Source of the DNA: Gammaproteobacteria bacterium
GTDB lineage: Bacteria > Pseudomonadota > Gammaproteobacteria > Pseudomonadales > JAUIET01
Direction of reading: 5' to 3'
DNA length: 64,000 nt
NCBI GenBank assembly: GCA_030429735.1
Contig: JAUIET010000007.1
Coordinates: 179,002 to 243,001, forward strand
A program made the position numbers and the translations under genes. Every line of letters begins with the position of its first letter. Positions within the stretch are counted from its first letter, which is position 1. The notes beneath the pieces were generated by a model. It saw nothing but the letters and a program-made list of their open reading frames with translations. It was not told the DNA's origin and made no database searches. This document shows positions 48,685 to 58,893 of this stretch, in pieces.

Positions 48685-49248
48685 CTGGTAGCAGTTGTTG
48701 CCGGCATTGAGTGTTTTGTTAACACTGAGCGCCGGAGGTAGTAAGGGCTTACTACCCGCTTCACATTCAATATACATACACCCATCTGCAGCGAGCATAT
48801 TATTGTTCAACACAGCGTCAATACTTGGCTGCAGCAACCCGGAATGGTACGGAGGGTCGATAAATACAATGTCAAAAGGCGATGCCGACTGGCCTGACCG
48901 CTCAATCCAACTCAAAAACGCCTGCTGGTGCACACTGGCAGCAGTGGCTTCAAGAGTGAGCAAATGGTGCCGGAGCTGCTGGCAAACTTGGGTGGATAGG
49001 TCCACAAAAGTGGCCTCAGCCGCGCCACGTGACAGGCACTCCAGGCCTAGCGCGCCACTGCCACAATACGCGTCCAGCACCCGCGCGCCAGCTAATTGGG
49101 GGTGCAACCAGTTGAAAACGGTTTCACGAACCCTGTCTGGCGTGGGCCGCAATCCCTCGATTGGTGGAAATTCCAGTTTACGCCGCCGCCAACGACCACC
49201 GATAATGCGCACAGTATTGTTTGCCTTGTTGTCTGCTTTACGACTCAT
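48664..49248 (-). CDS. rsmD: 16S rRNA (guanine966-N2)-methyltransferase RsmD
   Basis: 'VRIIGGRWRRRKLEFPPIEGLRPTPDRVRETVFNWL', 'LDAYCGSGALGLECLSRGA' and the 'DPPY' motif. The last 6 codons and the stop lie inside a repeat unit. Confidence 0.88.
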   Translation of the reverse strand: MSRKADNKANNTVRIIGGRWRRRKLEFPPIEGLRPTPDRVRETVFNWLHPQLAGARVLDAYCGSGALGLECLSRGAAEATFVDLSTQVCQQLRHHLLTLEATAASVHQQAFLSWIERSGQSASPFDIVFIDPPYHSGLLQPSIDAVLNNNMLAADGCMYIECEAGSKPLLPPALSVNKTLNAGNNCYQLVCLSN

Positions 49249-49329
49249 GCGGCCTGCCTGGTAGGGTGCTGCTATGGTGGGCCTGCAGTGTAAACAGTCG
49301 CTTCCTCGAATTCAAAATCGGCAGTCTCA

Positions 49330-50394
49330 ATGGGATGGTTTAGTAAAAAATCTAAAGATGGCGAAGAGTCAGACGCATTAATCAGTGCAGATTCCGAGCC
49401 AGAAAGTCGGCAGCTTGAGCCCGTCGATCAGACGAACGAGCCCGAAGGTGATGCGGGCAAACCGGGCTTGTTTGCGCGCCTGTCCAAAGGCTTGCGTAAA
49501 ACCGGCTCTACGTTCACCGATGGCGTGGGTGAGCTGTTGCTCGGTAAGAAAGAGATTGATGACGATCTGCTTGAAGAGCTGGAAACTCTGTTGATCACCG
49601 CCGACCTTGGCATGGAAGCGACCGCCGAGATAGTTGAGAACCTGACACGAAGTGTGCGCCGCAAGGAAGTGGATGATCCTGATGCCTTGCTGAAAGCCTT
49701 GCAGCAGGAACTCCGTGGCCTGTTAAGTTCGCAAGAGGCCCCGCTTGAGATAGACGCCAGCAAATCACCCTTCGTCATTCTAATGGTTGGTGTCAATGGC
49801 GTTGGCAAAACCACCACCATAGGCAAGTTGGCCAAACGCTTCCAAAGTGAAGGCAAATCGGTAATGTTGGCCGCCGGAGACACGTTCCGTGCGGCGGCTG
49901 TTGAACAGCTGCAGGTCTGGGGCGAACGCAATGATGTACCGGTGGTCGCGCAGCATACCGGCGCAGACAGCGCATCTGTGTTGTTTGACGCCTTGGAAGC
50001 CGCCAAAGCGAGAAACGTCGATGTATTGCTGGCCGACACAGCCGGTCGGCTGCATAACAAAAGCCAGCTGATGGATGAACTCAAGAAAGTGGTGCGGGTA
50101 CTAAAGAAGATTGACCCTGAAGCACCGCACGAAGTCATGTTGGTGCTGGACGCGGGCACTGGCCAGAATGCGCTCAGTCAGGCCAAATACTTCCAGGAAG
50201 ATGTGGGCGTCACGGGCTTAACCCTGACAAAACTTGATGGAACAGCCAAGGGCGGCATCATCTTTGCCATAGGCAAGCAGCTCGACTTGCCCATTCGCTA
50301 CATTGGTGTAGGCGAACAGGCCGATGATCTGCGCGTGTTTCATGCTGATGAGTTCGTATCCGCATTGTTTGCGGGTCATTCCCTGGATATCTGA
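49330..50394 (+). CDS. ftsY: signal recognition particle receptor FtsY
   Basis: Acidic A-domain followed by the NG domain: 'ILMVGVNGVGKTTTIGKLA', 'DTAGRLHNK', 'LTKLDGTAKGG'. Confidence 0.93.
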   Translation: MGWFSKKSKDGEESDALISADSEPESRQLEPVDQTNEPEGDAGKPGLFARLSKGLRKTGSTFTDGVGELLLGKKEIDDDLLEELETLLITADLGMEATAEIVENLTRSVRRKEVDDPDALLKALQQELRGLLSSQEAPLEIDASKSPFVILMVGVNGVGKTTTIGKLAKRFQSEGKSVMLAAGDTFRAAAVEQLQVWGERNDVPVVAQHTGADSASVLFDALEAAKARNVDVLLADTAGRLHNKSQLMDELKKVVRVLKKIDPEAPHEVMLVLDAGTGQNALSQAKYFQEDVGVTGLTLTKLDGTAKGGIIFAIGKQLDLPIRYIGVGEQADDLRVFHADEFVSALFAGHSLDI

Positions 50395-50403
50395 CCTGCT
50401 CTG

Positions 50404-51129
50404 ATGATTGTATTTGATCGCGTCAGCAAACAATATCCGAACGGGCATCAGGCTCTGGCAGACGTCAGCGTGGAAATTGACCGGGGCGAAATGGTGTTTC
50501 TCACCGGTCGATCAGGTGCAGGAAAAAGTACCTTATTGAAGCTGATCATGCTGATGGAGCGGGCAAGCTCTGGTGAAGTGCTGGTTGCCGGGCAAAATCT
50601 GAATACTTTTTCGCGCTCGGGTATTCCCTATCTGCGCCGCCAGATTGGCGTGGTGTTTCAGAACCACCAGCTGCTTCTGGACCGATCGGTGTTTGACAAT
50701 GTAGCCTTACCTTTGGAGATTGCCGGTTTTGAGCGGCGTGATATAGAACGCCGTGTTCGTGCCGCGTTGGCCAAGGTAGGCCTTGAAGCCACCATGAAGC
50801 ACTCGCCACAGAACCTGTCGGGTGGGGAGCAGCAGCGGGTGGGCATTGCCAGAGCAGTGGTTAACCGGCCAAAAATACTGTTGGCGGATGAACCCACTGG
50901 AAACCTGGACCCGGCGCTGTCGGCTGATGTGATGGATATATTTCAGCAATTCAGCCAGGTGGGTGTGACGACGCTGATTGCGTCACATGACCTGGCGCTG
51001 ATTGCCCGACTGCAGCATCGAACCGTGACCCTGCAACACGGGCGCCTGTTTGAAAACACCGAAGTGAGTCGGGCTGGCGAAGCGCCTATCAGTAATACGC
51101 TGGAAGTGCAGGGTAACGGTCTTGGCTGA
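50404..51129 (+). CDS. ftsE: cell division ATP-binding protein FtsE
   Basis: Walker A 'GRSGAGKSTLLKLI', signature 'LSGGEQQRVGIARA', Walker B 'ILLADEPTGNLD'. Confidence 0.93.
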   Translation: MIVFDRVSKQYPNGHQALADVSVEIDRGEMVFLTGRSGAGKSTLLKLIMLMERASSGEVLVAGQNLNTFSRSGIPYLRRQIGVVFQNHQLLLDRSVFDNVALPLEIAGFERRDIERRVRAALAKVGLEATMKHSPQNLSGGEQQRVGIARAVVNRPKILLADEPTGNLDPALSADVMDIFQQFSQVGVTTLIASHDLALIARLQHRTVTLQHGRLFENTEVSRAGEAPISNTLEVQGNGLG

Positions 51130-52093
51130 CGCGTCGCGCCGCGGCGCCAGTCAAGCCAGTGTCGGGTTTCGTGAGCAGCTGCGATCGTACTATTCCCATC
51201 ACTGGCTGACGTTTACTGAGAGCTGGCGTCGCCTGTGGGCAACACCCATGAGTACCTTGCTAACCTGGTTGCTGGTAGGCGTGGCTCTGTCTTTACCCAG
51301 TGGTCTCTACCTGTTGTTGAGTAATGCGGAAAGCCTTCGGCAAGACTGGCAGGGCACGGCGCAAATATCGCTGTATCTGGATTCTTCAGCATCGATCGAA
51401 GCCGGCGAAACCCTGGCGCTCGAACTGTCTCAGCGTACTGCGGTTCAGTCGGCGCACTACCTGTCGAGCGAGCAAGCCTTACAGGAGTTTGAGCAACTCT
51501 CCGGCATGGTCGGTATTATCAGCGGGTTCGATGAGAATCCAATACCGGCGTCTATTGCCGTCATCCTCGTGCAATCCGATCAGCTGCCCGCACTCAGTCA
51601 GCAGCTCGTGCAGGAGCTTGCAGAACTTGAACTGGTAGACGAAGCACAACTTGATCAACAGTGGCTGGAGCGCCTGTACCAGTTGATGCAGCTGCTTGAG
51701 CGGCTGGCCTGGGCGCTGGCTATTTTACTGTCGGTGGCCATTGTCCTGATTATTGGCAATACCATACGGCTCAGTATAGAAAATCGGCGTGCCGAAATCC
51801 TGATTGTGAAGCTTACCGGTGGCACCAATGCTTATGTGCAGCGACCGTTTATCTACTATGGCTTTTTGTTCGGTCTGGGTGGCGGTCTGAGTTGCATGTT
51901 GATACTGGCGGCAGTGTACATCTGGATACAACCGCCTCTACAGGCATTGAGTGTGGCGTATGGGGGGGATTTTGGTTTACAAGGCCCCGGCTTATTGGAT
52001 GCAATACTGCTGATACTGGTGTCCTCTGCGCTGGGCGTGGCGGGCGCCTGGGTGGCCGTATACCGCCATTTACGCGGCATCGAGCCAGAGTAG
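51122..52093 (+). CDS. ftsX: cell division permease-like protein FtsX
   Basis: Overlaps the ftsE stop. 4-TM topology with a periplasmic loop, and 'IRLSIENRRAEILIVKLTGGTNAYVQRPF', which is typical of FtsX. Confidence 0.9.
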   Translation: MADASRRGASQASVGFREQLRSYYSHHWLTFTESWRRLWATPMSTLLTWLLVGVALSLPSGLYLLLSNAESLRQDWQGTAQISLYLDSSASIEAGETLALELSQRTAVQSAHYLSSEQALQEFEQLSGMVGIISGFDENPIPASIAVILVQSDQLPALSQQLVQELAELELVDEAQLDQQWLERLYQLMQLLERLAWALAILLSVAIVLIIGNTIRLSIENRRAEILIVKLTGGTNAYVQRPFIYYGFLFGLGGGLSCMLILAAVYIWIQPPLQALSVAYGGDFGLQGPGLLDAILLILVSSALGVAGAWVAVYRHLRGIEPE

Positions 52094-52196
52094 TGTGTAA
52101 AAAATAAGCGGCTTGCCTGCTTTCGATGCTGCTGCTCTTGAAATTGCTGAATGTGCCCCAAAGTATTGATATAACCGTTAAATATTAAGAGCTTAG

Positions 52197-52223
52197 GGAA
52201 CTTTGTGGAAATTAGCACTCTAA
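52197..52223 (+). promoter_or_regulatory. sigma-E (RpoE/AlgU)-type promoter of rpoH (P3-like)
   Basis: GGAACTT-N15-TCTAA. It is nearly collinear with E. coli rpoH P3 as I recall it (GAACTTGTGGATAAAATCACGGTCTGA), and lies about 40 nt upstream of the rpoH start. Confidence 0.55.
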
Positions 52224-52262
52224 TGACAAGAGTGCTAGAATAGGACACATAGGAATACAACG

Positions 52263-53135
52263 ATGGGACAACTGATGGAAACCTCGCAAAACAGCATGAT
52301 ACCTGCGCCAATGTTGGTGCCCGGTGCCAATCTGAATGCGTATATTCAATCGATTGGTTCAATTCCTGTATTGAGCCGTGAGCGTGAGCAGGAACTGGCG
52401 GAATCCTACTTTTATAAGGAAGATCTGCAAGCGGCGCGTGAGCTGGTTATCTCGCACCTGCGCTTCGTAGTGCATATCGCAAAAAGCTACAGCGGTTACG
52501 GCTTGTCACAGGCTGACCTGATTCAGGAAGGTAACGTTGGCTTGATGAAGGCCGTTAAGCGCTTTAATCCCGAAAAAGGCGTGCGCCTGGTGTCTTTTGC
52601 CGTTCACTGGATCAAGGCTGAAATTCACGAGTATGTGATTCGCAATTGGCGCATAGTAAAGATTGCTACCACCAAGGCCCAGCGAAAGTTGTTTTTCAAC
52701 TTGCGTAGCAGCAAGGAAAAGTTGGCGTGGCTTAGTCAGGATGAAGCTAAAGCGATTGCCACAGATCTTGGCGTTGAGCTCAAAGATGTGCAACAAATGG
52801 AAGGCAGGCTGGCCGCCACTGACATGACGTTTGATGCACCAGCTGATGCCGATGATGAAAATGCGTATGCACCCGTTCATTATCTGGAAGACCACAGCGC
52901 AGACCCGGCACAACGCCTGGAAGACGAAGACTGGGAAGCCAGTACACAGCAAAAGCTCTACGCAGCGATTAGCGAACTTGACGAGCGCAGCAGCGATATT
53001 TTACGCAAGCGCTGGCTGGCTGATAGCAAAGCCACATTGCATGAGCTTGCCGAAGAGTATGGTGTGTCCGCTGAGCGTATTCGTCAGCTTGAGCAGAATG
53101 CGATGAAGAAGGTAAAAACCGCTCTGGTTGCATAA
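52263..53135 (+). CDS. rpoH: RNA polymerase sigma-32 factor RpoH
   Basis: '[87 protein letters not shown]' includes the RpoH box. An alternative start is at 52275. Confidence 0.95.
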   Translation: MGQLMETSQNSMIPAPMLVPGANLNAYIQSIGSIPVLSREREQELAESYFYKEDLQAARELVISHLRFVVHIAKSYSGYGLSQADLIQEGNVGLMKAVKRFNPEKGVRLVSFAVHWIKAEIHEYVIRNWRIVKIATTKAQRKLFFNLRSSKEKLAWLSQDEAKAIATDLGVELKDVQQMEGRLAATDMTFDAPADADDENAYAPVHYLEDHSADPAQRLEDEDWEASTQQKLYAAISELDERSSDILRKRWLADSKATLHELAEEYGVSAERIRQLEQNAMKKVKTALVA

Positions 53136-53154
53136 TTCCTGCGAGTAAAACCCT

Positions 53155-53538
53155 ATGGCAAAATTTGCACTAATGGCCGGCAGCTTGTCCGGCCTTTTTG
53201 CTGTGGTGTTTGGCGCATTTGGCGCGCATGCTTTAAAAGCGCGCCTGTCGCCCGAATCGCTGGCGGCATTTCAAACCGGTGTGCAATATCAAATGTTGCA
53301 TGCGCTTGCCCTGGTGCTTACCGGTATACTGATTCTCCAGTTGCGTGATAGTGCCTCACTGGAATGGGCGGCACGTCTGTTCTTTACCGGCATTGTTTTA
53401 TTCTCAGGGTCTATCTACCTGTTAACACTGACCGACATGCGCTGGCCGGGCCCAATCACACCAGTAGGCGGGCTGTGTTTCATAGCCGCTTGGGCCATGC
53501 TGGCCACTGCCGTGTATCGTGTTAATGGCATAAGCTAA
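53155..53538 (+). CDS. DUF423 (YgdD-like) small membrane protein
   Basis: 127 aa, 4 TM segments, 'GAFGAHAL' motif. Confidence 0.75.
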   Translation: MAKFALMAGSLSGLFAVVFGAFGAHALKARLSPESLAAFQTGVQYQMLHALALVLTGILILQLRDSASLEWAARLFFTGIVLFSGSIYLLTLTDMRWPGPITPVGGLCFIAAWAMLATAVYRVNGIS

Positions 53539-53567
53539 CTTTTTATTTATAGCAAAGCACACCCGCC

Positions 53568-54287
53568 GTGACCTCAGCTCAGGACAAAGACGAGTCGCAA
53601 AAACACCGCGCCATCCGCAGTTTTGTGCTGCGTACTGGCCGCATGACGGCGGCCCAGTCTGCGGCGCTTGACGCAAACTGGGCGCACTACGGGCTAGAGC
53701 TGGAACAAGGGCTGATTACCCATGAGGCACTGTTTGGCCGGCACGCTGAGCTGGTTGTGGAAATCGGTTTCGGCATGGGAGACTCCCTGTTGGAAATGGC
53801 AATGGCCGATCCCCAGCGCGACTTCATCGGCATTGAAGTTCACACCCCCGGCGTAGGTCGTCTGTTAGCCGGCGCTAAAGAATATAAGCTCAAAAATCTG
53901 CGTGTTTATCGGGCAGATGCCATCGCTGTTTTACAGCAATGCATTCCTGATCAAAGCATTGATCGCCTGCAGCTGTACTTTCCCGACCCTTGGCCGAAGA
54001 AGCGCCATCACAAACGTCGTATTGTTCAGCAATCCTTTTTGGATTTGCTGTGGCAGAAACTCAAGCCCGGTGCGAGTCTGCATATTGCGACCGATTGGCA
54101 GCCGTACGCAGAGTATTGTTTGGAACTGCTGGAACAGCAGTCCGGCTGGCAAAATACGGCAGGCAAAGGGGAATACACGGCCCGACCTGAATTCAGACCG
54201 GAGACCAAATTTGAGCGGCGCGGCGCCCAGCTTGGTCATGACGTCTGGGATTTAATCTTTGTTACCCGCAGGCAGCGGCGCGAGTAG
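53568..54287 (+). CDS. trmB: tRNA (guanine46-N7)-methyltransferase
   Basis: 'VVEIGFGMGDSLLEMA', 'IGIEVHTPGV', 'LYFPDPWPKKRHHKRR'. GTG start. Confidence 0.92.
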   Translation: MTSAQDKDESQKHRAIRSFVLRTGRMTAAQSAALDANWAHYGLELEQGLITHEALFGRHAELVVEIGFGMGDSLLEMAMADPQRDFIGIEVHTPGVGRLLAGAKEYKLKNLRVYRADAIAVLQQCIPDQSIDRLQLYFPDPWPKKRHHKRRIVQQSFLDLLWQKLKPGASLHIATDWQPYAEYCLELLEQQSGWQNTAGKGEYTARPEFRPETKFERRGAQLGHDVWDLIFVTRRQRRE

Positions 54288-54311
54288 CACTAGTGTCCCT
54301 TAACACAACGC

Positions 54312-55472
54312 TTACCCTGGCTCGTTTGGCTCTTGAAGAAACCGTGCTGTCACATCATTTAGAAAACGCCGGCCGAGAGCTGTGGGCGCAATATTCTGCA
54401 GATTTGAGTCCAGCAAGCCCTCAGAGATTAAGCGCTCAATATCGTCTGCAATGCGTGAATAAGGAAGGCCTGTGCGTGCTTCAAACAACGGTCGATCAAA
54501 ACCATCGAGCAAGCGCAGTGCGTTGAGCATGAATTCAAACACCACGTCGTTTTCTGTTAGCACGCGGCTACCTGCTTGCTTATCGGGGGCGCTCATATAG
54601 GTATTGGGTTGACGCTGCTTCCAGTAACGCTCCACAGTGAGTACGTCAGAATCGTAGTGTGATCGCTTGCCGTGAGCACCGGCACCAAGCGCTGCGTAAT
54701 CGCCAAACTTCCAGTAGTTAAGATTATGCTGGCAGCGTTGGTCAACGGCTGCGTAAGCCGATACCTCGTATTGCGTCAGACCCGCTGTTGCAAGCAGGGC
54801 ATGGCCGGAATCCTGTATGTCGGCAAGTACATCCTCGTTGGGCAACTCTGGTTTAGTACTGTAGAACACAGTGTTAGGCTCCACCGTGAGTTGATACCAG
54901 GAAAGATGGGAAGGGTTGAACGCCAACGCCGTCTGTAAATCGTCGACGGCTTCAGATAAGGATTGCTCCGGCAAGCCATGCATGAGGTCCAGGTTCCAGT
55001 GCTGATAACCAGCGTCAATAATGGACCGGATCGCGCGCTGCGCGTCACCTGCCGTATGTATTCTGCCCAACGCGCGCAGGTGACGATCATCAAAGCTTTG
55101 CACGCCCAGTGAAATCCGATTGATACCTGCCGCCCGAAAATCCGAGAATTTCTCGTGTTCAACCGTACCGGGGTTGGCCTCCAATGTGACTTCGATATCT
55201 GACGCAACGCGGAAGTTGCCATGCACTAAAGCAAGAATGTGTTGAATGCCGGCAGCGCTGAATAGGCTAGGTGTGCCGCCGCCAAAGAAAATGCTGCTGA
55301 TCTCGCGCCCGGCAAATCGGCGCGCTTCCCTGTCTATATCCTGTTGCAGCGCAAGCAGATAGTGTTGTTCCTGAACTTCGTAATCAAACTCATGCGAATT
55401 GAAATCGCAGTACGGACACTTCCTAATACACCAGGGGATATGAATGTACAGACCAACAGGAGCCGCATTCAC
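54312..55472 (-). CDS. hemW: radical SAM heme chaperone HemW (YggW)
   Basis: 'LYIHIPWCIRKCPYCDFNS' CxxxCxxC motif, and the rdgB-hemW gene order. Confidence 0.9.
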   Translation of the reverse strand: MNAAPVGLYIHIPWCIRKCPYCDFNSHEFDYEVQEQHYLLALQQDIDREARRFAGREISSIFFGGGTPSLFSAAGIQHILALVHGNFRVASDIEVTLEANPGTVEHEKFSDFRAAGINRISLGVQSFDDRHLRALGRIHTAGDAQRAIRSIIDAGYQHWNLDLMHGLPEQSLSEAVDDLQTALAFNPSHLSWYQLTVEPNTVFYSTKPELPNEDVLADIQDSGHALLATAGLTQYEVSAYAAVDQRCQHNLNYWKFGDYAALGAGAHGKRSHYDSDVLTVERYWKQRQPNTYMSAPDKQAGSRVLTENDVVFEFMLNALRLLDGFDRPLFEARTGLPYSRIADDIERLISEGLLDSNLQNIAPTALGRRFLNDVTARFLQEPNEPG

Positions 55473-56077
55473 TGTTGGGTAAGTTGATCTATCAACATTT
55501 GCAGCGCCTGCCCGCGGTGGCTTATCTTATTTTTGCGATCACGCGTCAGTTCGGCAGAGCTGCATTGTTCTTGTTCAACATAAAACAAAGGGTCATAACC
55601 GAAGCCCTGATCGCCGCGCGGCGTGTCAAGTATACGGCCCCACCAGGTGCCCTGACAGATCAGCGGTGTTGGGTCCAGATCATGCCGCATTAACACCAAT
55701 ACGCATTGGAAGCAGGCACGACGTTCATCGCCTTTTAGGTCGCGCATGTTGCGCAGTAGCAAGGCATTGTTGCTTTCGTCGTTCGCATCAACGCCGGCAT
55801 AACGGGCAGAATAAATTCCGGGGGCGCCGTTCAGTGCTGGTACTTCAAGGCCAGAATCATCCGCAAGTGCCGGCAGACCGGACTGTTTTGCCGCGTGTCT
55901 TGCCTTGATGATGGCGTTTTCCACAAAACTCAAACCATCTTCTACAGCCTCATCAATCTCAAATTCGGACTGGGGTATGCAGTGCACATCGATTCTGGAA
56001 AAAATTCGTTCGAACTCGCGTAACTTTCCGGGGTTGGCGCTGGCGATCAAAATATCGCTGCCTGCTTGTAACATCAT
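55469..56077 (-). CDS. rdgB: dITP/XTP pyrophosphatase (non-canonical purine NTPase)
   Basis: 'ILIASANPGKLREFE', 'ADDSGLEVPALNGAPGIYSARYAG', 'GFGYDPLF', 'KNKISHRGQAL'. Confidence 0.92.
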   Translation of the reverse strand: MMLQAGSDILIASANPGKLREFERIFSRIDVHCIPQSEFEIDEAVEDGLSFVENAIIKARHAAKQSGLPALADDSGLEVPALNGAPGIYSARYAGVDANDESNNALLLRNMRDLKGDERRACFQCVLVLMRHDLDPTPLICQGTWWGRILDTPRGDQGFGYDPLFYVEQEQCSSAELTRDRKNKISHRGQALQMLIDQLTQQ

Positions 56078-56523
56078 TTGTCGACGTACATTTTCTTGAT
56101 AAATTCAAACTCGAACACGGGCTGGGAGGGCACCTGCACTGTTACTTTGAAGCGCGATAATTCTTCGTTGAGTACCGGAAAATCACTGACATAGTAAATA
56201 GCTCCGGGCTCCTTGATTTCATTAAATTCGAGCTCAAATGGACGCATCAGATCGTGTCGTATCGCGGCCACCTTGGCCGCTTGCGCAGCCGTTTCGTTGC
56301 CGGGATCTTCCGGTGTCAGACGGCGCACTGCAATATTCAGCAGCATACGGTTGCTAGCGCGCACAATATTGTAGGCGCGCGCCGCGTCTTGCGGAATGAA
56401 GCTGGTTGGAATGACGCTGTAATGCACTTCATACTCGCCAAATACTTTCTTCTGTTCCGCTTGGGCAAGCAGTGCAAACGCCGTAAGGCAAAGCGCGAGC
56501 AGAATCTTTCGACAAATCCTCAT
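56074..56523 (-). CDS. DUF4426-domain periplasmic protein
   Basis: Signal peptide, then 'FGEYEVHYSVIPTSFIPQDAARAYNIVRASNRMLLNIAV'. Its position between metW and rdgB is conserved, as in Pseudomonas. Confidence 0.7.
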   Translation of the reverse strand: MRICRKILLALCLTAFALLAQAEQKKVFGEYEVHYSVIPTSFIPQDAARAYNIVRASNRMLLNIAVRRLTPEDPGNETAAQAAKVAAIRHDLMRPFELEFNEIKEPGAIYYVSDFPVLNEELSRFKVTVQVPSQPVFEFEFIKKMYVDK

Positions 56524-57110
56524 AGGCTTATTCGGTAAATTGCATGGCTGGCGAACAGGTTAGGCATACCCCGCACCAGTGGTTCGAAACTGTTGTGCTC
56601 GCTACTATATTCTTTATCCAGAATGCGTATTGATAACGTAGCGCACAGGTCTTCAAAGTCCTTTACCGTGCAGAAATGAATGTTTGGTGTGTCGTACCAG
56701 CTATAGGGCATAAACTCTGATACGGGCATACGCCCGCGAAAGTTCAAATGCCAACGACATCGCCAGTGCGCAAAATTTGGAAACGTGACTATTCCTTCGC
56801 GCCCAACCCTGAGCATTTCAATCAGCGCACGATCAGGGTAGCGAATAGCCTGTAAGGTTTGGGTCATCACAACTGTATCAAAGCTGTTGTCGCCGAACAC
56901 GTCCAGGCCTTCATCGATGTTTTTTTCCAACACATTAATACCTTTGGCGATTGCGTTGCTGATCAGTGCAGTATCAATCTCAACACCACAACCGTGAACA
57001 GCTCGACTCTGTTCAAGAAAGGCCAGCAGAGAGCCGTCGCCGCAACCAAGATCAAGCACGCGCGAGCCGGGTGTTATCCACTGCTCGATTGCCGAGTGTT
57101 CGTACTTCAT
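56520..57110 (-). CDS. metW: methionine biosynthesis protein MetW
   Basis: SAM-MTase-like '[15 protein letters not shown]'. It is immediately downstream of metX and overlaps it. Confidence 0.88.
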   Translation of the reverse strand: MKYEHSAIEQWITPGSRVLDLGCGDGSLLAFLEQSRAVHGCGVEIDTALISNAIAKGINVLEKNIDEGLDVFGDNSFDTVVMTQTLQAIRYPDRALIEMLRVGREGIVTFPNFAHWRCRWHLNFRGRMPVSEFMPYSWYDTPNIHFCTVKDFEDLCATLSIRILDKEYSSEHNSFEPLVRGMPNLFASHAIYRISL

Positions 57111-58270
57111 GATCCCGCACCGGTTTGTGTCGCCTGAAAAACCCGCACCATGTAGCTGTTGAGTACGTCAATGTAACGCGGGATTGGCATCAGAAAAGCA
57201 TCGTGCCCTTCCTTAGCTTCAATTTCGGCGTAGCTGACGTTTTTTCGTGCTCCAAGCAGTGCTTCGACAATCTCACGAGACCGTTCCGGTGCGAATCGCC
57301 AATCGGTGGTGAAGGATATAACCAGGAAGTCACACAATGCATGTTGAAAAGCCGCGATCGGATCATCATTGTATTCGCGTGCGAGATCAAAGTAATCCAG
57401 TGCGCGCCCCATCAACAAATACGTATTGGCGTCGAAATTGTCCGAGAACACTTCGCCTTGATGACGCAAGTAGCTTTCTACCTGAAACTCTATTTCTTCG
57501 TCACTGCCGCGCATAAAAGTCCCCGAACGCAGCTCGCGGCCGAATTTTTTGCCCATGCTTTCGTCAGAAAGATAAGTAATGTGCCCAATCATTCGCGCCA
57601 GTGCCAAGCCATCTTTCGGGCGTGACCCGGTCTTAAGATAATCACCATTGGCAAAGCCGGGATCTGAGCTGATAGCCTGACGGGCCGTTTCATTGAACGC
57701 GATGTTCTGTGCAGTCAGTTTCATGGCTGAGGCAATAACAATCGCGTGCTTGAGTTTGTCGGGGTATTCCAATGACCAGCGCATGGCTTGCATGCCGCCA
57801 AGGCTACCGCCAATCACGGCAGCCCAGCAGTCAATGCCCAGGTGTTGGGCCAGCAGCAATTGCGAATTAACCCAGTCTCTGGCCCGAAGTGGCGGAAAAT
57901 CCCTGCCCCACACCTCACCCGTTTCCGGGTTAATGCTGGCCGGTCCGGTACTGCCATGGCAGCCGCCAATATTATTGCAGCTCACCACAAAGAACTTATT
58001 CGTATCAAATGGTTTGCCAGGGCCAATACAGCTATCCCACCAACCGGGTTTGCGGTCGTCAACGCTGTGATAACCGGCCGCGTGGTGGTGTCCGCTCAAG
58101 GCGTGACAAATGAGCAGCGCATTAGAAGCGTCGCGGTTCAGTTCGCCATAGGTTTCGTACACCAGATCAAAGCCGGACAAGCTTCGACCGCATGCCAGTT
58201 CAAACGGCTCTTGGAAGTGAACCGTTTGCGGCGTTACAAGCCCTACGGAATCAGCAGGAAATTCAGACAC
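57107..58270 (-). CDS. metX: homoserine O-acyltransferase MetX
   Basis: '[16 protein letters not shown]', nucleophile elbow '[11 protein letters not shown]', and 'HDAFLM' at the C-terminus. Confidence 0.92.
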   Translation of the reverse strand: MSEFPADSVGLVTPQTVHFQEPFELACGRSLSGFDLVYETYGELNRDASNALLICHALSGHHHAAGYHSVDDRKPGWWDSCIGPGKPFDTNKFFVVSCNNIGGCHGSTGPASINPETGEVWGRDFPPLRARDWVNSQLLLAQHLGIDCWAAVIGGSLGGMQAMRWSLEYPDKLKHAIVIASAMKLTAQNIAFNETARQAISSDPGFANGDYLKTGSRPKDGLALARMIGHITYLSDESMGKKFGRELRSGTFMRGSDEEIEFQVESYLRHQGEVFSDNFDANTYLLMGRALDYFDLAREYNDDPIAAFQHALCDFLVISFTTDWRFAPERSREIVEALLGARKNVSYAEIEAKEGHDAFLMPIPRYIDVLNSYMVRVFQATQTGAGS

Positions 58271-58278
58271 AGGATTTC

Positions 58279-58866
58279 CTAGAAGCCGAGTACCAATGAC
58301 CGCGGCACGCCAATCGCGGCAGCGCCATTGGCGAGCAGAATTTCACCCACGCCAAGGGCCAGAAAAAACAAAATCGGCGATAAGTCCAGACCGCCCATGG
58401 CCGGCAGTAATTTACGAAATGGTGCCAGCACCGGTTCGGTAAATTGACGAACCAGCAACAGCGCCGGATGATCGTTGTACGGAGCGATGAACGACGCGAC
58501 TATTCCTACTAAAACCATCACCCAGTAAATATCCAGGATCAACGCAATCAAGCCCAGGCCGGCCCATGCAATCATGTTTGCTACTGGCGGGAAACCAAAG
58601 CCATTCATAGTAAACAGCAAGATAATGGCAGCTATCTGAACCAGTATCGCGAGTAGGATACCGGCCATATCAAGGCCGCCAAAGCCTGGAATAATCCGTC
58701 GCAGCGGCAATAACAGTGGGTTCGTGATTTTGACTATGGCTTGTGAAATCGGATTATAGAAATCAGCGCGCGCTACCTGCAGTAACACCCTGAGCATTAC
58801 CACCAGCAAAAACAGCATCATTACACTGCGAACCAGAAATGTGCCAATATCAGACGCTACTTCCAT
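58279..58866 (-). CDS. yggT: YggT-family membrane protein
   Basis: 195 aa with a duplicated YGGT repeat ('[24 protein letters not shown]', '[24 protein letters not shown]'). Downstream of proC. Confidence 0.85.
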   Translation of the reverse strand: MEVASDIGTFLVRSVMMLFLLVVMLRVLLQVARADFYNPISQAIVKITNPLLLPLRRIIPGFGGLDMAGILLAILVQIAAIILLFTMNGFGFPPVANMIAWAGLGLIALILDIYWVMVLVGIVASFIAPYNDHPALLLVRQFTEPVLAPFRKLLPAMGGLDLSPILFFLALGVGEILLANGAAAIGVPRSLVLGF

Positions 58867-58893
58867 TTACTTAACCTCTTAAACCAGTGGGCT

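Noticed and set aside
49428-50159. 243-aa ORF antisense to ftsY. Similar long antisense ORFs occur at 60777..61538 (pilT), 58907..59602 (proC), 11696..12352 (SDR), 35026..35760 and 36211..36819 (RHS), and 41200..41781 (asmA-like).
   Set aside because: These are shadow ORFs typical of GC-rich coding DNA. They have Ser/Arg/Ala/Pro-rich low-complexity translations, and the sense-strand genes have unambiguous homology.
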